The position numbers and the translations under genes were made by a program. From assembly GCA_951406725.2 (NCBI GenBank), contig OX597826.1, positions 57,908,001 through 57,972,000 of the forward strand: a DNA stretch of 64,000 nucleotides. The letters are read 5' to 3'. A model generated the notes under the pieces. That model worked only from the letters and a program-made list of their open reading frames with translations, made no database searches and was not told the origin of the DNA. This stretch comes from Octopus vulgaris. Taxonomy: Eukaryota. This document shows positions 38,601-52,446 of this stretch, piece after piece (position 1 is the stretch's first letter; each line of letters starts with the position of its first letter).

Positions 38601-39493
38601 TGGACTGGCACCTTTTTTTTTATCGGCCCCGAAGGAACGAAAAGCAAAGGTGACATGGGTGTGATTTGATATTAAAGCGCAGTAATTCAGAACACGAACC
38701 ACAAATATCCTTACACTGTAACGATTCTGCCCTGATGTGATTTGAACTAATATAAACCAGATAGTATTCTCTTATCTTTACTTTTTGCATCACGTTAATA
38801 AAACAGCTAAATTGGAATGCCGAAGAAATATAATCGCGTGCTTTGTTTAGTTTATAAATATCGCTTGCAAAATGATAGGTTTTTCCTATGTTTTCCAATT
38901 AAATAATTACGTTTGTCGTAATGATGGTGATGAAAATAACACGGACATCTATGTACAAAGCGAATATCTAATAACTAATTCAACTAGAAATATAATAATA
39001 TCAATAGTTTACCGAAAGTTTTCTGGGTTTGGCGCGAACTTTACACTTCCATAACATAACCGTATCAACTTGATTGAAATGACAATTAAAGAGAACAATT
39101 AACATAGTTTGGGAGTGTGTAAAGTGCTGCATTAATAAATTTTGTCAACGTCTGAAAATGGATCTCTTCTATGTGTAGTGTAATTCAAACTACAGCTGTC
39201 GTATCTCTTTACGAGACAAAGTCTTAAATCATTGACAAAGTTCAGTTGAAATTTGAGGCACAAACTAAAGATTTCAGATAATTTTAGGAAGAAAAACTTG
39301 AAAGGATAAATGAAGCTATTGATATTTATTTATAGGTGTTTTTTCCTGTCTGTCAAAAACATAAACTCTATTGTAAAAACGATGAATCTTTACGCTAAGT
39401 CAACCCTAAAAAAAAGACACATAGCAATCCTATATAAGATATTGCAACTTATTTTCTGTTTTATTTAATCTATTTTCAATGAAATTGAACAAT

Positions 39494-39608
39494 ATCAAAT
39501 GTTTGTCTCCTAAAGAGAAGTCGAATACGCAATCAAATGTTTGCCTCCTAAAGAGAAGTCGAATACGCAATCAAATGTTTGCCTCCTAAAGAGAAGTCGA
39601 ATACGCAA
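39494..39608. repeat. Three tandem 38-bp units
   Basis: ATCAAATGTTTG(T/C)CTCCTAAAGAGAAGTCGAATACGCA x3, with no spacers. Confidence 0.92.
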
Positions 39609-39799
39609 ATTTAAGACTCCAGAAATCACTCCTAAGCAGAGTACCAGAGTTGTGTGACTAAACCAAAACTCTGTTATTCAGCGTCAGAGAGACAACTTTC
39701 GGATCAGGCGAACAATTTTCACCTATTTTATCAGCAACACAGAATATAAGAATATCACTGCTACTGAAATAATAAATTTCCAATTCAGAACTCAGAATT

Positions 39800-39839
<40 letters not shown>

Positions 39840-39996
39840 TGGAGCTTGCACACAGTTTCCAGCAATCAAATTCACTTACAGAGCATTGGTTAACAAGGAA
39901 CTATTGCAGAAAACACTTTCTCAAGATGCTGCACTGTAGCTGTGAACCCAGAACCACATGGTTACGAATCTAAGTATAGAAAAGAGGCATACTTAC

Positions 39997-40053
<57 letters not shown>

Positions 40054-40058
<5 letters not shown>

Positions 40059-40286
40059 TTCTTTACTACCCACAAGGGGCTACACACAGAGGGGACAAAC
40101 AAGGACAAACAAACGGATTGAGTCGATTATATCGACCTCAGTGCGTAACTAGTACTTATTTAATCGACCCCGAAAGGATGAAAGGCAAAGTCGACCTCGG
40201 CGGAATTTGAACTCAGAACGTAGCGGCAGACGAAATACCGCTAAGCATTTCGCCCGGCGTGCTAACGATTCTGCCAGCTCGCCGCC

Positions 40287-40288
<2 letters not shown>
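40054..40288 (-). mobile_element. SINE family B embedded in (ATCT)n
   Basis: Family match, with (ATCT)n on both sides. Confidence 0.9.
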
Positions 40289-40332
<44 letters not shown>

Positions 40333-41304
40333 GTGTATGTATGCATGTGAGCATATATATATATATATATAATGTGTGTGTGTGTAAGTGTGTTTACGCG
40401 TATGTGTGTGTGTGTATTAAATATATATTAAATATATTAAAATTGGCAGCAACCCATGAAAGACAGTTTTATAATTCATTTATGAATGTAAATTTTATAT
40501 CAACTTGCCAAATAAATGGTCAACAAAAGTCATCCTTCTCAGTTCTTTATATAACAAACGCACACACATAGGTAGATAGATAGATACACTGATTCCATAT
40601 GTCCACACTAGATTTATGGTCGAGTGGTTGACCATAATACACATAACCTTTTCAAAATACTTTCCTTTGTAACCGTGAAAAGACTGCTTTGTTATTAAGT
40701 ATTGAAAATAATTTAATGAAAGCCAACAACAGTAGATAAACGGTACGCAAACGATCTAATGTTCGAAAGTTACTGCGGTTAGAGGTGGAGTAAGAGTTAT
40801 GGTGACGAAATAAGTAGTTTTGGAGACAATATAGACAAGAGCAACGTTATTTTGAAAAGGAGAAAAAATGTGGGTGGTGGGTGAAATGAGGGTTGGAGCA
40901 GGTGGTTATCAACAGGAAAAAAAAAAAAACTGATTTTTATCTGAAATGACTAAGCCTCATATTGAAAAGCCTTAAATAGTTTTTCCCCCCAAAGTCAGTT
41001 ACATCTCCACTATCACAGATAACAACTGAACTAAAACAAAAGATTTTTTTAAAAAAAGTAAAAAAAAAGTGAAAGAACATTGTTTCGCCAGCATTGTTTT
41101 TCTCTCATTTGAATTATGGATGATGTGTTGCAACGATACCTTTTTGAGAGGGCGATGTCGGTTATGACTCATGTATGGTACAATGCCGCGGGTAATCACA
41201 TGCTGAGATGAGGGTAGAACCTTGTGCCTGATGTCGTGGTGGGTAGGATGGAGCGAGTGTTTTTAAAAGAAGAGGCACTGAGTGCAATAAAGAATGAATG
41301 ACTG

Positions 41305-41305
41305 C

Positions 41306-41398
<93 letters not shown>

Positions 41399-41415
41399 TA
41401 ATATATATATAGAGA

Positions 41416-41448
<33 letters not shown>

Positions 41449-41485
41449 CATATATATATACATATATATATATACATATATATAC

Positions 41486-41550
<65 letters not shown>

Positions 41551-41572
41551 ATATACATATATATATATATAC

Positions 41573-41615
<43 letters not shown>

Positions 41616-41704
41616 TATATACACATATATATATACATATATATATATATACACATATATATATATACACAGATATATATATATACACATATATATATAT
41701 ATAT

Positions 41705-41775
<71 letters not shown>
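41305..41775. repeat. Long interrupted (TA)n followed by (GA)n
   Basis: Seen directly. Confidence 0.95.
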
Positions 41776-42279
41776 GAGGATAAGAGAAAGAGAGTATCTA
41801 ACGTCAGGTAATGTGTTGTCTGTTGCATGTTCTGGAGTATTATTTAGATTTTAGGAAATATGTTGAGTAAAGTGGAGTGCGTATATGTATGTGTGTATGT
41901 ATGTATGTGAAGTACTCGATGGCAGAGTGGGCGGCAATCTCATTCAGCTTTATACTAATTAGAAACGAGACTTACTTTAATGCAAATTGCAAATCTAATA
42001 AAGCTCAAACACGATATTTAATTGTTTGTTTAATTTCAGATTTCACATAAGAGGAGAAAGCGCAAGAGAAAAATATTCTCCGAATTTGAATAAAAAAAAA
42101 AAAAAATAGAGAGACAACGACGATGATGATGATGTTGATGATGATGTCACGAATATCAGAGACAGATTCATCACCATGATCCAACCGCGACTACAATGTC
42201 GAGTGTTTAGATCCTTTTTTAGCCTAAGTCAGGTCCGACTGAGCAGATTTGCGGTGAACGATGTTCCAGCATTGACTAT

Positions 42280-42475
42280 TCTTTTATTCTTTTACTGGTT
42301 TCAGTCATTTGATTGCGGCCATGCTGGAGCACCGCCTTTAGTCGGACAAATCGACCCCCAGGACTTATCCTTTGTAACCCTACTACTTATTTTATAAGTC
42401 TCTTTTGCCGAACCGCTAAGTAACGGGCACGTAAACACCAACATTGGCTGTCAAGCGATGGTGAGGGGTCTAACT

Positions 42476-42567
<92 letters not shown>

Positions 42568-42725
42568 CAACGGGCTTCTTTCAGTTTCCGTCTACCAGAT
42601 ACACTCACAAGGCTTTGATTGGCCCGAGGCTATAGTAGAAGGCACTTGCCCAAGGTGCCACGCAATGGAACTGAACCCGGAAACATGTGGTTGGGAAGCA
42701 AGCCTCTTACCACACAACCACTCCT
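42280..42725 (-). mobile_element. SINE family A
   Basis: Family match, moderately diverged. Confidence 0.85.
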
Positions 42726-42734
42726 ACACCTATA

Positions 42735-43025
42735 TTCGGCTCACGATCGTAAGGTCTTGAGTTCGATTCCCGGTAGAGAGATGTATCCTTGAGCAAGAAA
42801 GACACTTTATTTCACGTTGCTCCCGTCCATTCAGGTGGTAAAAACGAGCAGTACCTGTATTTCAAAGGGCCAACTTTGCCTCATTCTGTTTCACACTGGA
42901 TCTCTCTGAGAACTACGAACAGGGTACGCGTATCTGTAGAATACTCAGCCACTTGCACGTTGATATTACGAACAAGCTGTTCCGTTGATCGGATTAACTG
43001 GAATGCTCGTCATTGTAAGCGACGT
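42735..43025 (+). mobile_element. Old D-like SINE
   Basis: GAGTTCGATTCCCGG B-box. 3' part is the reverse complement of 25545-25720. Confidence 0.75.
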
Positions 43026-43811
43026 AGTTGTAGTAGTAGTAGTAGTAGCAGCAGCAGCCGTTCAAGAATTTGGACCTGGAGATCTCCATTTCCAGCGACT
43101 TCGAGGGCCACTTCCCAGTGGTGTCGGGCGTGAACGAAGAACCCTCGACTACAACAAGACGACCAAAGTTTTTTTTTTTTTTTTGCAAGGTCTGGGGTCT
43201 CCCGCCCCTAAGCCCTAGACCATCAACTAATTACCTTTACCCGTCTTGTTGCTTAACAACAACAACAACAACAACAACAGTAGTAGTAGCAGTAGTAGTA
43301 GTATCCTTTTCTTTTTTAATATATTTGAGGCAGAGTTGTCTACTATTTCTAGTAGATCGAGCGTAAAAGGCCTACACCGTTGTTCTAGCGTGCCGCTTTG
43401 ATGAATATTTAATAGTAGGTAGTGTGATTTTGTTTATAAGGGAGAAAATAAAAATGATAGTATAGTGAACGTGGATAGAGAGGGCTAGTCATTTTTTCCC
43501 ATAAAACATCTTTTTGACGGTGATCGGAAATAAATATCAATAAAATATTAAAGCAAGTAAGTAAGTCAATCAAATTGATCAGAACATAGGATTGGTGCCA
43601 GCCTCTAATCAAATAAAAGTCAAGACCGAAAGGATTAGTCTTCTAGCTACTCTCCACTTACGATCGACTTGTTTATTTATGACTGGTTATTGACTAATTT
43701 TCACACAATAACCAAAAAGAAAAGAAGAAAAGATGAATAAAAGAATAAAAAATCTATAAATGATAATGAATGAATTGATAAAATAGACGAGGTAAAAATA
43801 AGATTACGAAA

Positions 43812-43849
<38 letters not shown>

Positions 43850-44129
43850 TTTTTTTTTTTTTTTTTTTTTCAAGTGTGGGATATAGACAAGCTGTTACTC
43901 AAGTAGATATGTGTTTTATATTTAGACTGAGCTCTGAAGATATGTTTTAGTTAGAAATTGGGCACTTAATTTAGTGTGAAAACAATTTTCATCTGATGAT
44001 TGGAGTGAAAGAGAAAGTAAAGAAAAACTGAGAAATAGAGAAAGCGGGAGACAAAGAAGTAGATGAAACCAAAGAGAGATAGAGGGGGGGGATAGGGAAA
44101 TGTAAGGAAAGCAGTAGAAGACAGCTAAG

Positions 44130-44161
<32 letters not shown>

Positions 44162-44639
44162 GTAGAGAGAGAGAGAGAGCATGGGTTGATGGGTTGAGAC
44201 GAAGATAAGAGAAAGAAACCAATCAGGAATGCCGTGTTCACAAACAAGCAACACATCAAAAATAACACAGTACCACTGTGTATGTGCGCGCCTGCGTACG
44301 TGATAGGTAGACAGGTAGATTGATAATAATAATAATAATAATAATAATGTGCATTCGAGTGGAAGTTTTAAGATTAAATATTTCATAGAGGCTATGGATG
44401 AAACAGGCCGTCAGTCATCTCTTTATCTTGAGCGTATGTCGAGGATCTGTGTACTAATGGTTCTCTCTCTCACTCACTCTCTCTCTCTCTCTCTCTCTCT
44501 CTTTCTGTATACACACACACACACACATACATGTGTTTATATGTACGTTATATACACGCGCATGTACAGTGGACGTCGCTTATTATAATTACGGATAGTG
44601 TTATTTTACGATCACTATGTGTGTGTGCGTGTATGTGTG

Positions 44640-44685
<46 letters not shown>

Positions 44686-44695
44686 TGTATGTATG

Positions 44696-44770
<75 letters not shown>

Positions 44771-44792
44771 ATGGGTTGATGGGTTGAGACGA

Positions 44793-44840
<48 letters not shown>

Positions 44841-45240
44841 CATTTGATGGTATAAATGACGAACGGGTATATGAGACGCACCCCAATTTCAGTAACGCAT
44901 ATTCAGGAAAAAAAGATTTTAGTGCATTAAAACATGTAATATTTAAAGCGATCTCGTATATAGGACCCAGGGTGATTTTAATAATTAATTTGTTTTTGTT
45001 TTGAAGACTTTGGGGGAGAGTAACAAAGTGCGTTTTATATGCCATCAAATACGATGTGTGTGCATGTGTTTGTATGTGTGTGTGTACACATTTCATATGG
45101 GCGTAGTGGTGGATGTGTGGTAATAAGTATGCCCCCCCCCCGGTTCCGGTATCAGTCTCAGTGTTTGGCACCTTGGGCAAATGTATTCATCTATAGCCCC
45201 GGGCTGACCAATGGCTTGTGAGTGTATTTGACAGCAACTA

Positions 45241-45910
45241 AAAGGGTGTTCGGTCTAAATTTGACAGTTAACATAAAGCGAAAAGAAAGCTTAGCTTATT
45301 ATCCCATCCAAAAATAAAAGTATTTTAGAAGATAAGAAAATGTCAAAAAGATGGGAGATAATTTACTCAAAGTAGCCGCCCTCAGCTTCTACCATGACAT
45401 CAAGATTGCTCCGGGGCCTGACGCACGGGTTCATCAGTGTGTCCCCGGGAAGATCTAACAATTCCTTGATCAGGGCCACAAGCTCGGCCTTGGTATGTTG
45501 CTGGCAGAGTGTTTGGTATCTTTCTCAACCGCACCTTACACAGTAATCCACGAGATTACAATCGGGCGAATTAGGATGTCAGTATCTGGGCTTGTTGAAG
45601 TCGTTAAAATTCTCTGTCAATCACTTCTTTTTCCAACGGTATGGAAAAGATTAAAAACCTGTTGCCACACACACAGAGGACCTTCCAGCAGAAACCCTCT
45701 CCAGTCAGGGATTGATCACAGTCTCTGAATTGAGTCTATGGTCCTGTTCTTGCAGTTATTGGCTGAATTCGGGCGTGCGGATGTAGTTACAACGCTTGCT
45801 GCGTCCCTTCTTGATGACCACATCTTTGTAGTTTCCGTTGCAGCGGTCCGTGTCACGTCTTACACTCAAAGCAACGTTCTGAGAACATTGAGCAGCAATC
45901 ATGATGTCAC
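45241..45910 (-). pseudogene. Tc1/mariner transposase relic
   Basis: Minus strand PNSPDCNLVDY (~45542-45575; third catalytic Asp motif), AVEKDT, TKAELVALIKE, MVEAEGGYFE*, LERVSAGR..VWQQ. Confidence 0.8.
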
Positions 45911-46707
45911 TTAATTTGATTAGGAAAAATTATTTTAATTTCAACATTTGATATTATAATCTAAGATAAACCATTAAATAATTATTTGATTATATCATCC
46001 TAGGATATGCTCAAATAACTAACTGTAAAAGCGTATCATCAGAGACGCAATCGAAAACTATCCAACGAGAAAAGGACTTTTCCAGCCACAGCTCTGAGGT
46101 TTTATGCTTACTAACTGCTGGTTACCAGGCTGTGGTCATCTTCAATGAAATTGATAGCTATTTCGATCTTCCTCCACAAAAGCAATCACAATAAATAAAT
46201 AAATAAATAAATAAATAGAATAAATGAACAAAATAAAATAAAAACTAAAAACTACCGAGAAGTTGGATCGATACTACACATTCAACTTTTGTCGATGAAG
46301 AACAGAAAAATGACAGATGTTGACATTTTGAACAGCGTTTGACAGAAATACCATGAATAGGTTGGTGTTGCTCGTATCAAAAATCGACTGTAGCAATTTG
46401 TGCTCGTGGGATGCTACGCATGAAAACTCGTATATCGAATTAGAGAAAAAGACGAATCGATCCCAAGACAGAACTAGTACATTATTCATCATACCCAAAA
46501 GAATGGAAAGCAAAGTTGGCCGCGGAGGGATTTGAACTCAAAGCGCAGAGCTGGAGCGATTATCACAAAACAAACTAGTCGACGCTTTAAAAACTCTTCC
46601 AGTTGGACGCCCACACATGCATACACATACATACATACATTACATAATATATTATATACGTACTTGTGTATGTGTGTGTGTTGAAGGCATATAAAAATAT
46701 CTATGTT

Positions 46708-46924
46708 TATTTTACTTGCTTCAGTCATCAGATTACGGCCATGCTGGAGTACCGCTTTGAAGATTTTTTTTTAGTCGAATGAATCAACAACGGTCCTTAT
46801 TCTTATTTTAAAGCCTGTGTTTATTCTATCGTTCTCTTTTGCCGAACTGCTAAGTTACGGGGACATAAACACCCAAACACTGATTGTCAGATGGTGGCGA
46901 CAGACAAACACAAGCACAAAGGCA

Positions 46925-46997
<73 letters not shown>

Positions 46998-47148
46998 ACA
47001 ACAGGGTTCTTTCAGTTTCCGTCTACCAAATCCACTCACGAGGTTTTGTTCGGCTCGAGTAGAAGACACTCGCCCATGGTGCCACGCAGTAGGATTGAAC
47101 CCGGAACCATGTGGTTAGAGAGCAAGTTTCTTACCACACAGCCACGCT
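46708..47148 (-). mobile_element. Old SINE family A
   Basis: Family match, diverged. Confidence 0.8.
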
Positions 47149-47708
47149 TGCGTCATGAATGTGTATGCGTGTTTTAACTTAGAAGTTCCCTACAAAAATA
47201 CACTTACGCACCCACATATATCGCCATTCATCATTTAACGTCCGGCCGCCATGCTGGCAATAAATATACACATATACACATACACACATACATACATACA
47301 TACATACACAAACACACATGTACTCACATAGACATGCCGTTTATACACTAACACACACATACAAAATTTATTATTATACGTGCGTGTGTGTGCGCGCGTG
47401 TACGCAGTGAATTTGGATCTATAGTAAGATATCAGGAGTGAATTTGACAAATGTTATACACCGAGTTTTTATATTGTCTCTTTATGTGGAAATAGGTGTG
47501 ACATTCTTTCTCCATCCTTTTATACTAGAAATATGTGTGAGATTCTTTTGTTCAAGATGGTAGTTTATCAGAGTTGAATGACGTGGGTGTTACGACCAAT
47601 ATGTTTCTAAACGTGGACAACATAAAACCGGGGAAAATTTTCCCACCCTCCAAAGCTAAAGCTGTCATACAAAAGAGAGCACTGGTGGATGGGGGCGGTA
47701 ATGACACA

Positions 47709-47770
<62 letters not shown>

Positions 47771-48186
47771 TGCATGCGTACACACGAGTGTGCGTCTATG
47801 AGTTTGTGCTTTGTGTGTAATATATAAGCAAGTGTATGCAATTGGGGATTCATACGTCAACTTTTCATTTTTATAGTAGAGCGATATAGAAAAGGAACGG
47901 TAAGCAGTTATTTAGTAATAAGACGTGTGTGCCTTTAATGTTGATGTACATACACACATGCATCCAAATACTCAATGTGTTGCACGTACTGTGAGTGCAT
48001 ATTCATTTGTTTGTGCGCGTAATGCATGCTTTTACTGCATATGGACACGCCTAAACTTTTTGCCTAACTCACATGCGTGCAATATGATAATGTGTACCGA
48101 TCGTATGCGTTTGTGTATAGTATGCGTTTAAGTTTATATATGCCTCCTATGTTCAAAGGCAGTAAATGGATTTCATGGAACAGAGG

Positions 48187-48258
<72 letters not shown>

Positions 48259-48617
48259 CAGAGAGACAGAGAGAGAGACAGATAGACAGAGGCAGAGAAA
48301 GGGAGAGAGATATGGCGAATATAAAGAATGATTGATTGTGTATATCTAAATGTTCTCAAAAGACAGGTGAGCGTATGTTATTGAAGTCATTTATAAGTTC
48401 GGTCGGGTTTTCGCCTTTTCCACGACTGGGATATCAAGTTAAGAGTAAATTCAAGATCATGGGGCCAAGAGTTAACCTGAACCCAGTGTCAGGTGTCTCA
48501 ATAAATTTCTTGTACTCCTCTGCTTTAGCCATCAGTTTTTGACCATGTCTATATGAACCCGACCATCCAAACGCTCTCTGTTTCGAGATCGCACACACAA
48601 ACACACTCTCTCCTCCC

Positions 48618-48684
<67 letters not shown>

Positions 48685-49565
48685 GGCATTACAACAAACT
48701 GATTTAATTCGCTTCCTCTGTTCAAAAGAGGTTGAATGTTTTATCAATTAAGCCGCACCGACATATAAGACTCCGGGTGAAGACACTGCAGTGGTTCTCT
48801 TGTGTATTAAGCAATAAATAATGGTAAAAGGAGCAGAACTACAACAAACTTGTCTTCGTTCAGACATAATAAATATCTTTCGCCGACTGAGACAAAAGTC
48901 ATCAACGACTACAACGCAGACACATGAATGTAATAAAAGTATAATGCGTATGGAATCTGTATATAACTGCCTTTTACATAGATACATAATGTGTTTATAT
49001 GTTATGCGAAATTGTCAGTGGGTATGTGTGTTTTATGTATGAATGTATAATTTATTTTTGTCCATGAACATAAGGATCGCAGACAGCGATCGAATGAGAT
49101 TTCGGTTATAATCCCCCCAGGTATCTCATTTGATTATTACGAAATACAACACACCATGAATTTAGTCAATTTGAAATGAGAGGAAAGAGAAACGGGTGTG
49201 GTTGGTTGACGAGAGAGAGAGTTAGTTCGCATTAAAAACCTTGAACCTCAAACTCACAAATATATTGTGCTTTCAATGTGTCAAGTTATTTGTTCTATAC
49301 GCCTATTGCTTTTTGGGGGTGAAGTAGTCACGATCGTTTGGAAAACTTGTGAATTGAGTTATTATAGACTCCAACTACAAATATGTTTGCAACTAACAAA
49401 TAGCCCTAACAGACATACAACCATACAATAACACTTCCTAAACTGAAGAAGTAAAATTAATGACGTGGCTAAATCAAACATAAGAGACCAAACACTAACC
49501 TGAGATGTATGTATGTATGTATGTATGTATGTATGTATGTATGTATGTATGTATGTATGTATGTA

Positions 49566-49599
<34 letters not shown>

Positions 49600-49601
<2 letters not shown>

Positions 49602-49758
49602 CTCTTCACTCTTTAACTTGTTTCAGTCATTTGACTGCGGCCATGCTGGAGCACCGCCTTTAGTCGAGCAAATCGACCCCGGGACTTATTCTTTGTAAGC
49701 CCAGTACTTATTCTATCGGTCCCTTTTGCCGAACCGCTAAGTGACGGGGACGTAAACA
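49600..49758 (-). mobile_element. SINE family A, 5'-truncated
   Basis: Only the tail half of the SINE is present. Confidence 0.85.
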
Positions 49759-49890
49759 TAAGAGAGCAAACACTAACCTGAAATGTATGTATGTATGTAT
49801 GTGTGTATGTGTGTATGTATGTATGTATGTATGTATGTATGTATGTATGTATGTGTGTATGCATGCATGTATGTATGTATGTATGTATAC

Positions 49891-50093
49891 ACTTTACTCT
49901 TTACTCTTTAACTTGTTTCAGTCATTTGACTGCGGCCATGCTGGAGCACCGCCTTTAGTCGAGCAAATCGACCCCGGGACTTATTCTTTTTGTAAGCCCA
50001 GTACTTATTCTATCGGTCTCTTTTTGCCGAACCGCTAGGTGACGGGGACGTAAACGCACCAGCATCGGTTGTCAAGCAATGCTAGGGGGACAA

Positions 50094-50124
<31 letters not shown>

Positions 50125-50291
50125 CATATATACGACAGGCTTCTTTTCAGTTTCCGTCTACCAAATCCACTCACAAGGCATTGGTCGGCCCGGGGCTATA
50201 GCAGAAGACACTTGCCCAATGTGCCACGCAGTGGGACTGAACCCGGAACCATGTGGCTGGTTAGCAAGCTACTTACCACACAGCCACTCCT
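49891..50291 (-). mobile_element. SINE family A, full length, within (ATGT)n
   Basis: Family match. Confidence 0.9.
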
Positions 50292-51149
50292 GTATGTATG
50301 TATGTATGTATGTATGTATGTATGTATGTATGTATGTATGTATGTGTGTGTGTGTTTGTCTGTGTGTATTTATGTAAGAAAGCAACTATTGACTGTAGAT
50401 TATGTAAAACACTCGCGCAGCTCGAGGATGCTTCTACCTGGTCGCTCGATCTACTAGAACGAGCAACAAAATATCATTCAAATAACACTCGCTATCATAA
50501 AAAAAAGAACATACTGGACAAAATAGTCACAAATACACGCAAGAATGAGACGGTCACGACTGGATCGTCTTTGATCAGTGTCTGTTCGATCAAGGCTGAC
50601 CTGGATCAACGAAGGTGCAGTGTTAGGGTATTGGTCATTAGTCCCAACAGGGCGGTGCAAACCTTCGTGTTTTCGATTTGTGGTAAGTCTGGAAGACACT
50701 CAGTTATCTACGCAATATTATTCTTTAGAATATCATCGTAAAATTACGCTTTAAAATGTCCACATGCAGTGGCATATGACTCAAATAGAAAACTTTGAAA
50801 GACAATAAAAATCCCTTTTAATACTACACTTCTCTCTAAGACAGCTTTGGTTCTGGTAGGTGGGAACATTTCTTGGTTTTATGTTCTTGCGAGAAAACGA
50901 TAATAAAAGTTCTCTCACCCTCCCTTTCAATAATTCCCATCACCTTGATCAATCGAGAAAGACTTTGATAGCTTTTAATAGAAGTGTGATATTTTATTTA
51001 AAGAAAAAAAAATGTGTGAAATAGGTTTTTTAAATGACAGTTTGCTATCGTTTTGCTCACTAAGACCCAATACATTTACAGTAGGGTTTCACACATATCA
51101 TACACTAGGTTCAAAAATTTCTTCTCAACTGAAATTATAAAATTAATAA

Positions 51150-51790
51150 GTGGTTTAGGACTTCATCCAGCAATGTTTAAAATCTAAAAAAACAAGCAAG
51201 GGATGTAACTCCAGTAAGATCAGTTGATTGAAATTTTGGAGCGATATAAACAATAGATTAAAGTGGATTTGGTCATCAAAACTAACAGGCGAAGGCAACG
51301 AAAATATATTGGTCTTTAAAAACCAGATCCATTCCAATCCTCACCGTTCACGCCGTCCAAAACAATTGGCCCTATTCGACCCATCATCCCCGCTTCTAGC
51401 TTTTAGTTTCGAACCACTAACTGATTGGATAATCCCAGTGAATTGGAGTACCCCAACTCCCTATACTACTTATAAGAGACTCGACAGGATTTATATTTCG
51501 TACGAAGAACATTTCTGGGGTAGATTCACTCACCCAGTGTTGATATCGCGCATAAACACATCCAAAAATATATCATAACATATGTTTGACCATTTGATCA
51601 GGGAGCCAGACAGCTGAAATAAAAATAAAACTAAGCACTGGATAATGGCCAAAATGCTGACTGACATTGCCCACATCAAATCCTCTTTCCAAGATGAATA
51701 AGATTTGTTGAAATTGAACAAGATTGCTAAGCCACCACGTGATTTATTTCACCGAGTATTTATTTGTGGTGGAGAATATTTTCAAAGTTA
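51150..51790 (-). pseudogene. Possible LINE (L1/Tx1-like) AP-endonuclease relic
   Basis: Minus strand NKSRGGLAILFNF (~51710-51750) resembles the SRGVAIL motif. The rest is heavily decayed. Confidence 0.3.
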
Positions 51791-52225
51791 TTCTTAAACG
51801 ATGTTTCAATTTCTCTGTCTTCCAAATTTTGAGATGAATCGTTAGAGTCCCCAAATCAGCATTGAAGCTGCGAAGGTTATCGACCTCGTTCTTTTCTTCT
51901 GGTTCTTTATTTCTTCAGCTGTTTGATATTGAATGTGATCCACAACAACGGCTCCTTCTCTGCATGCTTTCCTCTAGTTATTTAGAACTTTTTCAGCTAG
52001 CTTTCTTTCTACCGTTTTCCTATTGTTAGACTATATGTTGAATACGAGCATAATTTTCGTGACAGAGTCACGAAAGCGTTAAACAGGTACACCACTTGGG
52101 CGGGCGATAACCTTTTCTACATTCAAACTAAATAAGCAGTTTTTGCATCTCCCTTTGGAAGCTTCAACATACGGAATTGATTTTTTACAATTTTTTAAAG
52201 ATTGTTTGGATTCTCATGAATTCTG

Positions 52226-52446
52226 TTCTTCGACGATTTCATCTCAATCGAAGAAGAGGGGCTTTCTCTGTCCGGGTTGCGGATCCGTGGAATAAGCTGC
52301 CGGACGAGATAGTGAAGATGCCGACGACATCTCTCTTGACCAGAAATGGCCTGAACTCTTTGCATGAACACCCTCCCTGTACATAACTCCATGTCCCCCT
52401 ACATGGCCTTGCTTTTTGCTTTTTGAGCCAAAAAATTAACTTAACT
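52226..52446 (+). mobile_element. CR1/L2-group LINE 3' end
   Basis: RRFHLNRRRGAFSVRVADPWNKLPDEIV (FS.RV...WN.LP motif), then a short 3' UTR and a TTAAC repeat tail. Confidence 0.8.

Noticed and set aside
39494-39608. 38-bp repeats as a CRISPR array
   Set aside because: Units are contiguous with no spacers, the context is eukaryotic, and there are no cas genes.
41162-41828. YI-repeat ORFs here and similar ones at 3.1, 35.5, 44.6 and 55.6 kb
   Set aside because: They are (TA)n or (CA)n microsatellite artefacts.
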